Source: Pirellulales bacterium (lineage in GTDB: Bacteria; Planctomycetota; Planctomycetia; Pirellulales; PALSA-1355). From it: a DNA stretch of 64,000 nucleotides. The first letter of the stretch is position 1. Each line of letters begins with the position of its first letter. Shown piece by piece: positions 21,403 through 32,810 of the stretch. The translations under genes were made by a program, and so were the position numbers. Location of the stretch: the NCBI GenBank assembly GCA_963733035.1, contig CAVTBU010000009.1:64001-128000 (forward strand). The letters run 5' to 3'. The notes under the pieces were generated by a model. The model was given only the letters and a program-made list of their open reading frames with translations, made no database searches and was not told the DNA's origin.

Positions 21403-21422
21403 AAATGACGAAATCGTCATTT
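21403..21422. promoter_or_regulatory. Perfect 9-2-9 palindrome, candidate transcription factor site
   Basis: AAATGACGA-AA-TCGTCATTT just upstream of the candidate -35. Confidence 0.55.
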
Positions 21423-21554
21423 TTGGCATCTAAAGCGACAGAAACCCCACGCTCTTTTGCCTGTTTTTGGGCTGACGGGGCGAGAAGTGACTTCGGCGTC
21501 AAGTGTCGCGGGCACTCGATTGACGGTTCTTCGGGGATACCGAGGATCAGACCT

Positions 21555-22550
21555 CTATTGTGCTGGGGCTTTCCGCGCGCCGCTTCGGTTGGCGACGAGG
21601 AGAACCAACGTTCCGCCGAACAGCGCCAACAGCAACGTCGACGGTTCAGGGACGGGCGTGATGACATAGCTCGCGTAGTTGACGTCTGACGTCTCGCCGG
21701 TGTAACTGGCGCCCAAGCCGGCCGCGTCCAGGATCTGCTGATCGGTCAGAAGTGGATAGTTCGTGCCATAGCCAAGGTTGACGGCTTCGACAAACAGGTT
21801 CGCGAGAAAGCCGTTCCCCACGGCAGCCGGGTGCAGTGCATCCTGGAAGAAATGCGTGGGGTCGCTGCTGGCATTGACCATGTCGATCGTCACGCCGCCG
21901 ACAACAAAAGGGGCAGCGTTCAAATCGCGCAACACGCTTTCCAGGTCGAGATATACCAGCCCACGCGAGAGCACCTCGGGCTCAAGCAGCGCGTTGATTT
22001 GGTTGATTGCGATTTCGCCACGCGCTTGCGTGGTGGGTGTGTTAAAGATCGCGCGGCCACCGGGCACAAGTTCCAGGTCGGGAATTCCTGCGACGACCAT
22101 TCCCAGCGGATGCGCTGCCAGCACGGTATCCATCGCCGTATCGATATTGTTGACGACGTTCTGGCAAAATGAGGTCAATGCAGCGCCGGAAAGTGCGCCA
22201 CTGGCGATTTGCGTTGCTTGAGCGTTGAAGTCGTTCGATCCGATCGAGAGTGTTGCCAGGTCGACGTTGCCCGCGGATACCAGCGCGGCGACTTGTGTAT
22301 GCTGCCCCTGAGTAAGCAGCGTGGCGCTGGTGGCACCGCCAACAGCAACGTTATAGGGATTACCCGAGCCGCCGTAGTTCCACCCTTGATAGTTGGCCTC
22401 GTAGGGCACCCAACTGTGGTTGTACGTGCTGCCAGCGGTTTCGCTGGCTCCCATGGCCGCGAAACCATGGATCGTGACCGCGCGGGCGTGACGATTCGCC
22501 GTGATCGACGCCACGATGACAAGCGCGGCGAAAAGCGTGCTCCGACTCAT
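21555..22550 (-). CDS. SGNH/GDSL-family hydrolase with PEP-CTERM anchor
   Basis: Signal peptide; MGASET (block I variant), NVAVGG, IGSND, DALHP; PVPEPST + TM. Confidence 0.85.
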   Translation of the reverse strand: MSRSTLFAALVIVASITANRHARAVTIHGFAAMGASETAGSTYNHSWVPYEANYQGWNYGGSGNPYNVAVGGATSATLLTQGQHTQVAALVSAGNVDLATLSIGSNDFNAQATQIASGALSGAALTSFCQNVVNNIDTAMDTVLAAHPLGMVVAGIPDLELVPGGRAIFNTPTTQARGEIAINQINALLEPEVLSRGLVYLDLESVLRDLNAAPFVVGGVTIDMVNASSDPTHFFQDALHPAAVGNGFLANLFVEAVNLGYGTNYPLLTDQQILDAAGLGASYTGETSDVNYASYVITPVPEPSTLLLALFGGTLVLLVANRSGARKAPAQ

Positions 22551-22970
22551 GAGCGGCCTTGTTGAGAAGAAACGAACAGTTACAACTGGCTGCTATCTCA
22601 AACCCCGATCTGTGTCTGTAGTTTCTCACGAATCACCTGACACGGCAAACGGCGATGCCAATAAATGCGGCCCGCGTCAACAAAGGGTCGCAGCGTACCT
22701 TCGGGCGGGGGCCAAGATTTCCTATTGGGTCGATCGAAATTCGATTTTAATTCCGGCTGCGTAGAGCAAGCCCGGACTGACACGTTGACTTGCCGCCTAG
22801 GTCGTAACAGACTTGTTTGTTTGGCGAGAATTAACCGCCAAGAGACACCAAAACGATCGTTGAGCCAGGTGAATCACCTCGATACGTCGACTTGCTGAAA
22901 TCGCCCGAAAAGGTCATCATGCGTCTATCGTCGACTCACACTCTCGAATAGATTTGTCGCGTCTCGCGCC

Positions 22971-23393
22971 ATGCATGAAGCGATTGCGAACCAACTGTGG
23001 CTGGGCACAGCCGCCGACGCCCGCAACGTTGAAGGGGTTGTGGGAAGGGGGATTATTGCGGTGGTCGATCTGGCAATGGAAGAGCGCCCGATCGTTTTTC
23101 CGCGCGACGTTGTCTATTGCCGAATTCCGCTGGTGGATGGTGCCGGCAATCGGCCAGAAATCATTCGGGGGGCGGTTGTTCTAGTGGCCAGCTTTCTTGA
23201 GTCTGGCGTGCCGATGCTGGTCGCTTGCGGTGGCGGAATGAGCCGCTCGCCAATCGTCGTAGCCGCGGCCATCGCCGCGATCGATGGTTCGACGATCGAG
23301 GATGCCCTGGAACAGATTACTGCGGGCGTCGCGCACGATGTTTCGACGAGCATGTGGGCCGACGTGAAGGCGGCCTGCGAAGGAAACGTGTGA
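22971..23393 (+). CDS. Dual-specificity/tyrosine phosphatase family protein
   Basis: LWLG, IPLVDG, LVACGGGMSRS (CX5R). Confidence 0.85.
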   Translation: MHEAIANQLWLGTAADARNVEGVVGRGIIAVVDLAMEERPIVFPRDVVYCRIPLVDGAGNRPEIIRGAVVLVASFLESGVPMLVACGGGMSRSPIVVAAAIAAIDGSTIEDALEQITAGVAHDVSTSMWADVKAACEGNV

Positions 23394-23808
23394 TCGCTGC
23401 GTTGAGACGCCCCTGCTGTTCGTCTTCGTGTCTCAGACTGCGCCAACGTCGGGCAATTCCGCGGTTCGAGGACTCGCGAAATCGACTGTAAGGCCCCTTG
23501 AGACCCGCCAGTTTTGTTAATTTTTGTTCAGGTGACCAAAGGTAACGCTCTGCCTGTAGGCGCGGCAGATATTGAGTTTTAGCAACCCTTCGCGAGCGTT
23601 TCTTGTACTTGTGGGCGGTGTCGCCGCGGCGCGACACCGAACAACGCTTGTCGAACCTGCGCCGGCGACGACAGCCGGTGCGCTGCGCGCCCGTTCGCTC
23701 GTTGCGAAGCATTGTAACACGGGTATGTTAGGTGATATGGTTCGCCGTTATGGAAGGCGCGCCGCCAATCTTCAGTTTTACCGCCTGCCTGGATTGGAGT
23801 TCGCTTCG

Positions 23809-25963
23809 ATGTTCACTTGCCACAATTCGTTCGTGTTCGCGTTGGTCTCATCCGCCCTTGTTGTTTGTGCGGGGCGGTCCGCCTTTGGCGAGGAGCCCGC
23901 CGGAAGCTCGCCGGAGGATATGCAGGCGGATTTGCTGATCGTCGGTGGGACGGAGTCGGGCTGGGCCGCGGCCATTCAGGCCGCGCGGATGGGTGTCGAG
24001 CGAATCGTCTTGGTCAACGATGTCGACTGGCTGGGCGGGCAGTTCACGGCCGAAGCAATGGTCGCCATCGATGAAAATCGCTCCTTGCAGGAGGCCCAGC
24101 GGACCGACGTCGGGCGGCGGCCTTCGATTCCGCGCTCCGGACTGTTCAAGGAGTTGACCGATATTATCGAGGCCTTCGATGCCGAGGAGTTCGGCAACCC
24201 CAACCCTGGAAACACAATTGTCGGCACAACTTGTCGGCCGGCCGATGCGGCTGAGATTTTTCAAGGCATGATCGTTCCCTACGTCGGCCGCGGGCAGATC
24301 CAAATCATTCCGTATAGCTACTATCCCGTGGCGGCGCAGCTTGCCGAGGACGGGAAAACGCTCCGTAGCGTCAGATTTCGCAGGATTGGCGTGGATCAAA
24401 ACGAGCCGCAACACGACGGGGATTTCAGTGTCACGGCGCGGATCACGATCGATGCGTCGGATTGGGGTGAGGTGATCCAGCTTTCCGGTGCGGAATTCGA
24501 ATATGGTCCTGACTTGCGGAGCAAATACGGTGAACCGTTGGCTCCCACGAAACGCGACGATTACCCGCTGACGGATATGAATCCGATCAGCTACTGCCTC
24601 GTGATCGAGGAGACCGATGGCGAGCAAGTGGTGCCGCGGCCAGAGCACTACGACGAGCGGCGTTACTTCAATACGACGCGGTTGACCCGGTCGGAGGAAG
24701 ACGCGCTTCCCTGGCCGCACAAACCAGTGGAAGCCTTCGCCACGGTCGATGACGTCTATGGCGCGCGGCGGATCGTCGACCACTATGGCGTGGCAGGTGT
24801 CGCCGGCCCCGACGCGATCCTTCTGTGCTGGTTCGTGCAGGACTATCCGCTCGACGTGCTGCCGCGGCACGTGGTTGAGGAACTCGAAAACATCGCGCCG
24901 GGGGCCTCGCGCAAGAATATCGTGACGATGACTCGCCGCGAACGTCAGGTGGTGTTCGACGATGCCAAGCAGCACTCGCTCGGCATGCTTCATCACTTGC
25001 AGACGACGGTACACGACCGCATGAAAGACCGCGCCCACAGCTTTCGGCGGTTTCAGCTCAGCAACGAATTTCGCACACCGGACCATTTGCCACCGAAGCC
25101 CTACCTGCGCGAGTCGCTAAGACTGAAGGCGATGTATATGATGCGCCAACAGGATACTTCGCCGGTCGTTCCCGACGGCGACACCTATGCTCGCGTGATG
25201 TATCACGACGGAATCACGCCCTGGCAGTTCGAATATGATTTTCATATGACGGGCCGGACGTTTCTGCCTGATGACGCGACGGGAGAGGCATGGCAATCGT
25301 ATTTCAAACCCGGGCGAGAGTGGGGGCCCCCGTATTCCGGACGATGCTTGATTCCGCTGCGGAGTCTAATTCCGCAGCGCGTTGATGGTTTGCTCGGCGC
25401 AGAAGAACTTGGGATACTCGAGCATTGTGAGTTCGGCCGTCCGGCTGCATGACCAATGCATTGCCATTGGCCAGGCGGCCGGTGCCGCGGCCGCCGTGAG
25501 TCTGGCCAGTGAGAAGCCGCTGCGAACCATTCCCTTCGACCGAACGTTGTTGACCCAGGTGCGAACCGGACTGTGCACGTCGCTCGAAGGTGGTATGCCG
25601 ATGGCGCTCTGGCCGTTTCGCGACATGGCCGTCGAGCATCCTGCGTTCGAAGCGGTGAATCTCCTGGCGGTGGCGGGCGCCTTGCCCTGCAAGCCGGACG
25701 AGGTCGATTTTCGCCCGGACGAACCCGCGACCGCCGCCTGGAGGCAGGCTGTCGTCGAGGCGACCCGAAAGGCCAAACCAACATGTGACAAGGTCGAGCC
25801 TCCGCGGGGTGAAATGCCCCGGGGTGAGTTTGCCGCCCGTTGGTGGCAGGCGGTGCGCGAACTCCCCGATGCGCCGTATGTACGACATTCCGAGACCGAC
25901 GCCGACGGCGATGGAATCAAAGACGCCGACGACGCGTTGCCTCTGGTCGCAGAACGTCGCTAG
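23809..25963 (+). CDS. Exported FAD-dependent oxidoreductase (frameshift near 25400)
   Basis: DLLIVGGTESGWAAAIQAARMG, WLGGQ, TIDASDWG, IPLRSLIP; continues as AQKNLGYSSIVSSAVRLH..GQAAG in another frame. Confidence 0.85.
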
Positions 25964-26198
25964 CTAAATGGCGACGTCGTAAGAAGTTCACGACACTCCG
26001 GTCGTTTCACGCTCGTGAATTTCGCCGTCTTTTTTGACACTTTTCTGATTTTTGTCGGCCGAAATCATCATTTTGCCCTACAATGGCGCCCCTCGTTAGA
26101 CGAGTTCGAGCTTCCACACCCGAAGGGGTGGCTGGAAGCCGTTGGAATGGACATCCGACGTGCCCCGAGTCATCGAACCTGCAAGCAAGGAGAATGCC

Positions 26199-29100
26199 AT
26201 GTTACGTCGTCGCACGAGTCGTTCGCCTCGCGTAGCGGTCGCCAAGCGCCGTCATCCGAACCACCGTCGCCTGGTCGTGCGCGCTGAATTGCTCGAAGAC
26301 CGCCGTCTGCTGACATTCGTTTGGGCCAATCGCGGCGACAGCAGCGACATGTTCGACGCCGCCTTCGGCGCCAACGCCGAACTGGCGCGCGGCGTTGTCG
26401 ATTCGGCGCTTGCCGAATGGAATCGCGTGGTCGTGGGCTACCAAGGCAGCGACTTCCAGACGCAGATGACGATCATGATGGATCCGACCAATCCGTCGAC
26501 GAGTGCCTTTGCCTCCAATACGGTGCCGGATTCCAACGGCGTGCCGGTTTCCGGCGATGTCACCATCAATATGGCGCTCGACAGCATGGGCAATACCAAG
26601 TGGTATCTTGATCCCACTCCCGACGATCACTCGGAGTTCATGGGGACGCTGGCGAATGCATTTGCACGCAGTCCGACCCCAGGCGGACCCGCAGACGGAA
26701 AGCGCGACTTGCGCACTTTGTTGATTCACGAGTTGGGGCACACGATGGGCATTTCATCGGGTTCACAGCTCATTTACAGCAATCCGGCGATCACGGTAAC
26801 GAACACTGGCATCCCAGACAACACGGTAGGCAGCGGCGGCAATAGCTACTGGCTGTTCCAGGGACCAACCACGAACGTGGTGATGACTGACTACGACATC
26901 AACGGGCCGGTGACGACCGTTTGCTGGGCACAACGCCATGCCTCGAACCGGAAATACACCAATCAACTTCAACGGCCAGAACTACTACACCGCCGTCGAC
27001 ACGATGCAGCCGACGAGCCTGAGCATTCGCCGGGTTCTGCTCAGCGACAAAGTCGCACACATGATGGCCGACATGGGCTACGACGTTGTTCCACCTGAGA
27101 CGTTTGGCACGTTTCACTCCGTGCTCAACACGTCCAGTGGATTGCTGACGATCCAAGGAGGCAACGACAACACGCTGATCAACAATGTTAACCAGGGCCC
27201 TTCGTCCGACACCATTTCTTTGCTCCGCTTCGGCGGCTATGTGTTTGTCGGCGTCGATGTCGGCGTCGACGTACCGGGATCGGGGCCGGGAACCGCGCCG
27301 CTCGACCAGCAGGACACATTCCTGAGCCGATTCCTCGTCAGTGATCTGAACAGTATTCTCATCGAGGGTTTTGGCGGCGACGATACCTTCAACTTCATCG
27401 GCGACTTCGGCTTCCTCAATTCACTCGTCGTGATTGCCGGCGACGGCGACGACACCGTCGACGGGGGAGGTATGAGCGGGTCCCAACCGCTGGTGGCCTT
27501 TGGCAGCAACGGCGACGACACGCTCATCGGCGGGCCCGGCAATGACATTCTGTCGGGCCTGGGTGGCGACGATACGATTCAAGGCCGCAACGGCAACGAT
27601 ATGTTGTTCGGCGGCACCGGCGAAGACCGCATTTACGGCGGCAACGGAAACGACGAAATCGACGGCGGCAACAACGATGACAGCCTGTTCGGCAATGGCG
27701 GCAATGACCACATCATCGGCGGACAGGGAAATGATTTCATCGTCGGCGGCACGCTCGTTCAGCAGTTCTTGCAGAATCTGTCGGACGGAGCGGACGAAAT
27801 CGATGGCGGACTGGGCAACGACCTTATTCTGGGTGACAACGCGCTGAGGAGCGATCCCCACGCCACTGGGCGGCGGCAACGATACGATTCACGGCGGCGA
27901 CGACAACGATACGATTTACGGCGGACTGGGCAACGACCGCATTTACGGCGATGCTGGCAACGATACGCTGCTGGGCTACGTCGGTAACGACCTGATCGAA
28001 GGGGGCGATGGCACGGATTCGCTGCGCGGAGAAGCGGGCGAAGACGATCTGGTGGGAGGCCGCGGCAGCGACATTCTTGACGGCGGCCCCGACGACGATT
28101 TTCTGGTGGGCGGCCTCTGGCTGGCCAATAGCTCGGACGCGAGCGCCGACACGCTCCGCGGTGGCGACGGCAATGATACGCTGATTGGTGACAACTTCGG
28201 CTTTGGGCCCAGTGTCGGCGGCGATGACACGCTCGATGGTGAGGGTGGCAATGACGTGCTGTTTGGACAATACGGTGACGATCTGCTGACCGGTGGTCTC
28301 GGCTCGGATGAACTCCATGGCGGCGATGGCGACGACACCCTGGTCGGGGGAACGATTCTGGGCGAACTCGATCCCAGCGCGGACGAACTTTACGGTGGAC
28401 GCGGCAGCGACACGCTCGTGGGCGACAATATCGGCTTTGGGGTAGGCACGGGTGGCAATGACTTGCTGAGCGGTGACGAAGACGACGACAACCTCTACGG
28501 CCAGTATGGCGATGACACCCTTCTGGGAGGCAGCGGCAACGACCTGCTTGTCGGCTTCGACGGCAACGATCAGCTCGATGGCGGTTCGGGCGACGACGAG
28601 CTAAACGGCGGAAACGGCAACGATCAATTGGTCGGTGGACTCGGCGTCGACGTGCTGGACGGCGGTGCCGACAACGACTTCCTGCTAGGCGGTACCTTCC
28701 TTGCGAACATAAGCGATGCCAGCGGTGACGAACTCAATGGCGGCTCGGGAGACGACATCCTGGTCGGCGACAATTTTGGCTTCGGGCCTGCCATTGGCGG
28801 GCCAGACCAGCTTCGAGGCGGATCCGGCAACGATCGAATCTTTGGGCAGTACGACGACGATTTGCTCGAAGGCAATGACGGCGACGACTATCTCTGGGGT
28901 GGCGACGGCAACGATCGACTCAATGGGAACGACGGAATCGATATTCTGATGGGTGACGCCGGTGAGGATACACTCTCGGGCGGCAGCGGCGGCGATAGGT
29001 TGTTTGGGGGCCTTGGCAACGATGAGCTTTCCGGCGATGGGGGCAGCGACGTGCTGGAAGGTGAGCAAGGCGACGACGTGCTCGACGGCGGAAACCAAGA

Positions 29101-29581
29101 TGATCAGCTTTCCGGTGGCGACGGCAACGACTTGCTCCGCGGCGGAAACGGGGACGACGTGCTGCATGGCGACGACGGAAATGATATTCTGCTTGGCGAG
29201 GGGGGCCGCGATATCATCTTTGGCGGGCTGGGCCGCGACATTCTCATCGGCGGCCGCGGCATTGACCGCATGGCAGGCGACAGCGGAGAAGATATCCTGA
29301 TCGCCGGCATGACCGTGCATGACTCGAACGACGTGGCCCTGAACGCCATCCGCGCCGAGTGGACGTCGCGCCGAACCTATGAGGAGCGCGTGGCCAACCT
29401 GAAGGGTATCGATAACTCGACCTTCGCCGACCGGCTCAACCAGAATTACTTCCTCCGCAAGGGCATCGAAGTATCCGACGATGCCGGCGAGAATATTCTC
29501 AGCGGGGAAGAGGATCGCGATTGGTTCTTTGCCCAGGCCAGCGACGTACTCGATCAAATGCCGGGCGAAGAGCTCAATTGA
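26199..29581 (+). CDS. Large planctomycete exoprotein: LEDRRLL motif, HExxH zinc-peptidase-like domain, RTX/haemolysin Ca-binding repeats (frameshifts near 26921 and 27850)
   Basis: GGAG RBS; RRLVVRAELLEDRRLL; HELGHTMG; dozens of GGxGxDxL nonapeptides; three ORFs join by single frame changes. Confidence 0.85.
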
Positions 29582-30362
29582 TCGTGGATGTTTCGGAGTG
29601 TCGTTCGACGGCTGGAGTACCAGCATTAAACGTCGTCGCAAAGCGCCACTGTCCGGCGATCGCGCCGTAGACGATCAGCATTTCGCCGCCGCCGTAGTTG
29701 ATCCAGGTAAGTTCGTCGATGAAGGGAAACGACTCGTGGAACACCTGCCAGGCGAGCAGGATGTCGCTGGCCAGGAACATGGCACCGCCGAGGGCCATCG
29801 CGCGGTAGACGGGACGTTGCACGGCCAGCGCGGTGCAAAACCCGGGCGTCGCCGCAACCAGCAGTGTATAGAGCAGCGTCGGCACACGCAGAGCGGGCTC
29901 CTCCGTCGAGGTAAGCGCCACACCGGCCCAGCCCAGTAGCGCCACGACTTGCCAGGTAAGAATGGGAGTCCACCAGCGCAGGCCACCTCTCAGGCGCTCG
30001 ACCCGTCGAATCCACACACACGCTGCGACATAGGCCAGGTGGCCCATGCCGTAAAACACGATGCCGCCGACGATCTTGTTGGAAAACGGCGGCCACCAAA
30101 AGCGGTCGCCCACGTGCGAATCGCCGTAGAAGCCAAGCGTCATGCCCACGGCCACCAACGCCATCGCGCCGGCCTCGCGCGTGCGGCGCAAAACCCACCA
30201 GGCGCCCCAGGCCGCGACGACCAACAGCAAGCAACTGGTCATCCGCAAGTCGAGCTTCGCGTCGTTCCACCACATCTCGCGCGTCTGTGCGGCGAGAAAA
30301 CTGGCCAGCAACAGCACGAACCAGCCGACCCACAAGACGCGTAATAGGACACGGTTGTTCAC
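29574..30362 (-). CDS. Lysoplasmalogenase/YhhN-family membrane protein
   Basis: Multiple TM helices; GD, F..GHLAY, GGAMFLASD.LLA, W..Y..G motifs. Confidence 0.78.
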   Translation of the reverse strand: MNNRVLLRVLWVGWFVLLLASFLAAQTREMWWNDAKLDLRMTSCLLLVVAAWGAWWVLRRTREAGAMALVAVGMTLGFYGDSHVGDRFWWPPFSNKIVGGIVFYGMGHLAYVAACVWIRRVERLRGGLRWWTPILTWQVVALLGWAGVALTSTEEPALRVPTLLYTLLVAATPGFCTALAVQRPVYRAMALGGAMFLASDILLAWQVFHESFPFIDELTWINYGGGEMLIVYGAIAGQWRFATTFNAGTPAVERHSETSTIN

Positions 30363-30511
30363 GATGCTGGGCCCGGCTCGAGAAATGACGGACGCACTGC
30401 GAAGTTCGCGATTCTAGTCACCCTCGACCGCGACGTCCATCATGTGTTTGCTTGCCGTCGCGAACCAGCCACTAGATTTGCGATACCGATGCCGACGAGG
30501 TCCCCGGCAGC

Positions 30512-31519
30512 CTAGTAGCGCAGGATCAGGTCTGCGGTGATGCGGTTGTCGATAATGTCGCGACGAATGGTGAGCGGCACCTCCCAGCAGACGCCCATTT
30601 CGACTGAGGCCCGAGGCTTGTACTTGAGGCCGAACGCGCCGGTGACGATGTCGGTCCCCGCGACACCGCTGGAGCCGAAGTTGTACAGGTCGAGACCGCC
30701 CACCGGAATTCCGCTGGCGACGTTGGACATCCAATGGTACCAGTTGAATTCAAGCAGTCCGTAGATCGGGCGATTCCGCAACCGTCGATCGAAGTGGACC
30801 GACCAGTAGAACTGATCGTTCTGTTTGTTCGGATCAGCCGGAAGCCGAAAGCCCGCGGCGGAAACCACGTGCGAGAGTTCGCCGAGTTGTGCACCCCCAG
30901 TGAGAAACATGTCGAATTGGCCGGTGCCGCTATTTCCCTGTAGCGCATGGTACGAGCCAACAGGCATCTCGTAGCGAACGCCGACGGAAAGAAGTTCCTG
31001 GCGGACAGGGTTGGCGTAAAAATTGTATTTGAGACCCAGGTTGACGTCGGCCCAGCCATTAATGTCGGGCGCATTGCTGCCTGCAAAGATGTAGCCGTCC
31101 TTTGTGGCAATCACCGATAGCCGCTCGGTGATGGCCGCACGCAGCTGTGTCGCCAGCAGCTGCACCGGTCCGCCGCCGAGAACGGCCCCCGGAATCTGAT
31201 TGTTGAGGAAAATGACGCGAGCTTCGGTCAGGTTACGCGGATCTTCGAAGTACACGGGATTCGTCATCGGACTGATGAAGTCCGTGAAACGACAATCGCT
31301 GGGGGCGAATAGCCAAACGGCGACATTTTTGACAGCAACCACCGTAGAAACCGCACTCGCAGTCGTCGCAACGATAGTTGTTCTCGAGGATGGAACCGGG
31401 GCAACGTCGCAAAGGTTTGCCGTCGCGGTGGTTTGCTGCTCGACGTCCTCGGCGAAAGTCACCTTGTCATATGTGGCCACTGCCAAGACCACGACAATCG
31501 AAGCGACAAACGAGCGCAT
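30512..31519 (-). CDS. Putative outer membrane beta-barrel protein
   Basis: GGAG RBS, signal peptide MRSFVAS, alternating aromatic/hydrophobic strands, terminal LILRY. Confidence 0.7.
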   Translation of the reverse strand: MRSFVASIVVVLAVATYDKVTFAEDVEQQTTATANLCDVAPVPSSRTTIVATTASAVSTVVAVKNVAVWLFAPSDCRFTDFISPMTNPVYFEDPRNLTEARVIFLNNQIPGAVLGGGPVQLLATQLRAAITERLSVIATKDGYIFAGSNAPDINGWADVNLGLKYNFYANPVRQELLSVGVRYEMPVGSYHALQGNSGTGQFDMFLTGGAQLGELSHVVSAAGFRLPADPNKQNDQFYWSVHFDRRLRNRPIYGLLEFNWYHWMSNVASGIPVGGLDLYNFGSSGVAGTDIVTGAFGLKYKPRASVEMGVCWEVPLTIRRDIIDNRITADLILRY

Positions 31520-31807
31520 AACGGCAACTCCGGGAGAATGTGCGGTCGGCGGGAAACGCTGGGGTGAAAGAGCCGGCATGGCAAACTCAAGCGAACTCGT
31601 TTGAGGCCGCCGTCGCCTTTCGATCGCTATGTCGTGCGACAAATCCTGGTTCGGTTGCGGCGATGGGCAATCATGTACGAGTGCTTCGCATAGTGCACAC
31701 TGTGCACTTGAGACGCACAGCAGCACGCGTTACGGATTGCCACGTTGCTTCGAGTCGTAACGAATATCCGAAGCAACGAGTTTCGGATGGCACGGCTCGC
31801 CAGCGTT

Positions 31808-32479
31808 TTAGTCGGCAGCCTTCTCATGCGTTGCAGCTTGCTGTCGGACTTCTTGGTGCTTGCTGGCCAGATCGATGCGGATTAGGCCGGCGACGAAGCG
31901 GGGGAAGTCCTCGCGGCTAACCAGGCGGGCCAGGGCCTGGGGATCGCCGGGCAGGCCGAGCTTTTTGGCGGCTTTTGTCACGCGCGGGTCGGCGTACGGG
32001 TAGGCCTCCTGCCAGACGCCTTGCACTTCGCGCAGGAAGATATCGGCCCCAACATTACCGATGCCGTTGAATTGCCGGAGCAGCTTCTTCTCTGCCTCGA
32101 CGTCACGCTTGGCCTCCTCGCGGAGTTTTCGCAAGTCACCGCCATAGCGATTGAGCAGTAATTCAGCGGTTTGGCCAAGCATGCGAGATCCGCTCTCATC
32201 GTAACGCTTGTAGCCGTGCCAAGTGATCACATCGACGCGGTCCTGCCAGCTCGCGGCAACCATCTTCTTGGGCGTCGTGAGCTTCGCGTCGACCAGAGCC
32301 TGGGCCGCTTGAACGGCATTATGGGCTGGGATACGGGCACTCAACAGCAGCGCCTCATTCAGCAGCTGAAACAACGGCGTAGGCGTGTTTTTGAGGCGGA
32401 TGCCAGCTTCTTCCGCATAGGTGCGGCCGTACGATATCAGGACACTCTTCACGAGCGCACGATAGTGCTTGCTGGTCAT
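31808..32479 (-). CDS. HhH-superfamily endonuclease/glycosylase-like protein
   Basis: LLSARI, LLRQFNGIGNVGADIFLREVQ helix-hairpin-helix, PYAD. Confidence 0.75.
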   Translation of the reverse strand: MTSKHYRALVKSVLISYGRTYAEEAGIRLKNTPTPLFQLLNEALLLSARIPAHNAVQAAQALVDAKLTTPKKMVAASWQDRVDVITWHGYKRYDESGSRMLGQTAELLLNRYGGDLRKLREEAKRDVEAEKKLLRQFNGIGNVGADIFLREVQGVWQEAYPYADPRVTKAAKKLGLPGDPQALARLVSREDFPRFVAGLIRIDLASKHQEVRQQAATHEKAAD

Positions 32480-32810
32480 TTGTATGGACTTTTGAAATCA
32501 GCCGTTGGCTAGGCATCGAAACCGAACCCGGCTTCGGCACAGCGTGTGCCACGTCGCATCCCGATCTCGCATCGCAGCCAACTCGAGCGATGCGGACGAA
32601 ATTCCGTCTTCCATTTTGCCGTACCGAAGGGTCAATTTCTGGGAATCACCGGCAGCACAGTCCGGCTGGAATGGTCGGTGTCATGGAGAATTGTCTGTTC
32701 GGCGACGTGAGCTAGCCGGTTGCGGTTCAGTGGCTCGCCGGTGTTCGTGCTAGGTCGGCTCATCATCGTGCAGGGCTTCTCAATGAAGGGACAGCACGAA
32801 ACCAGTACGC

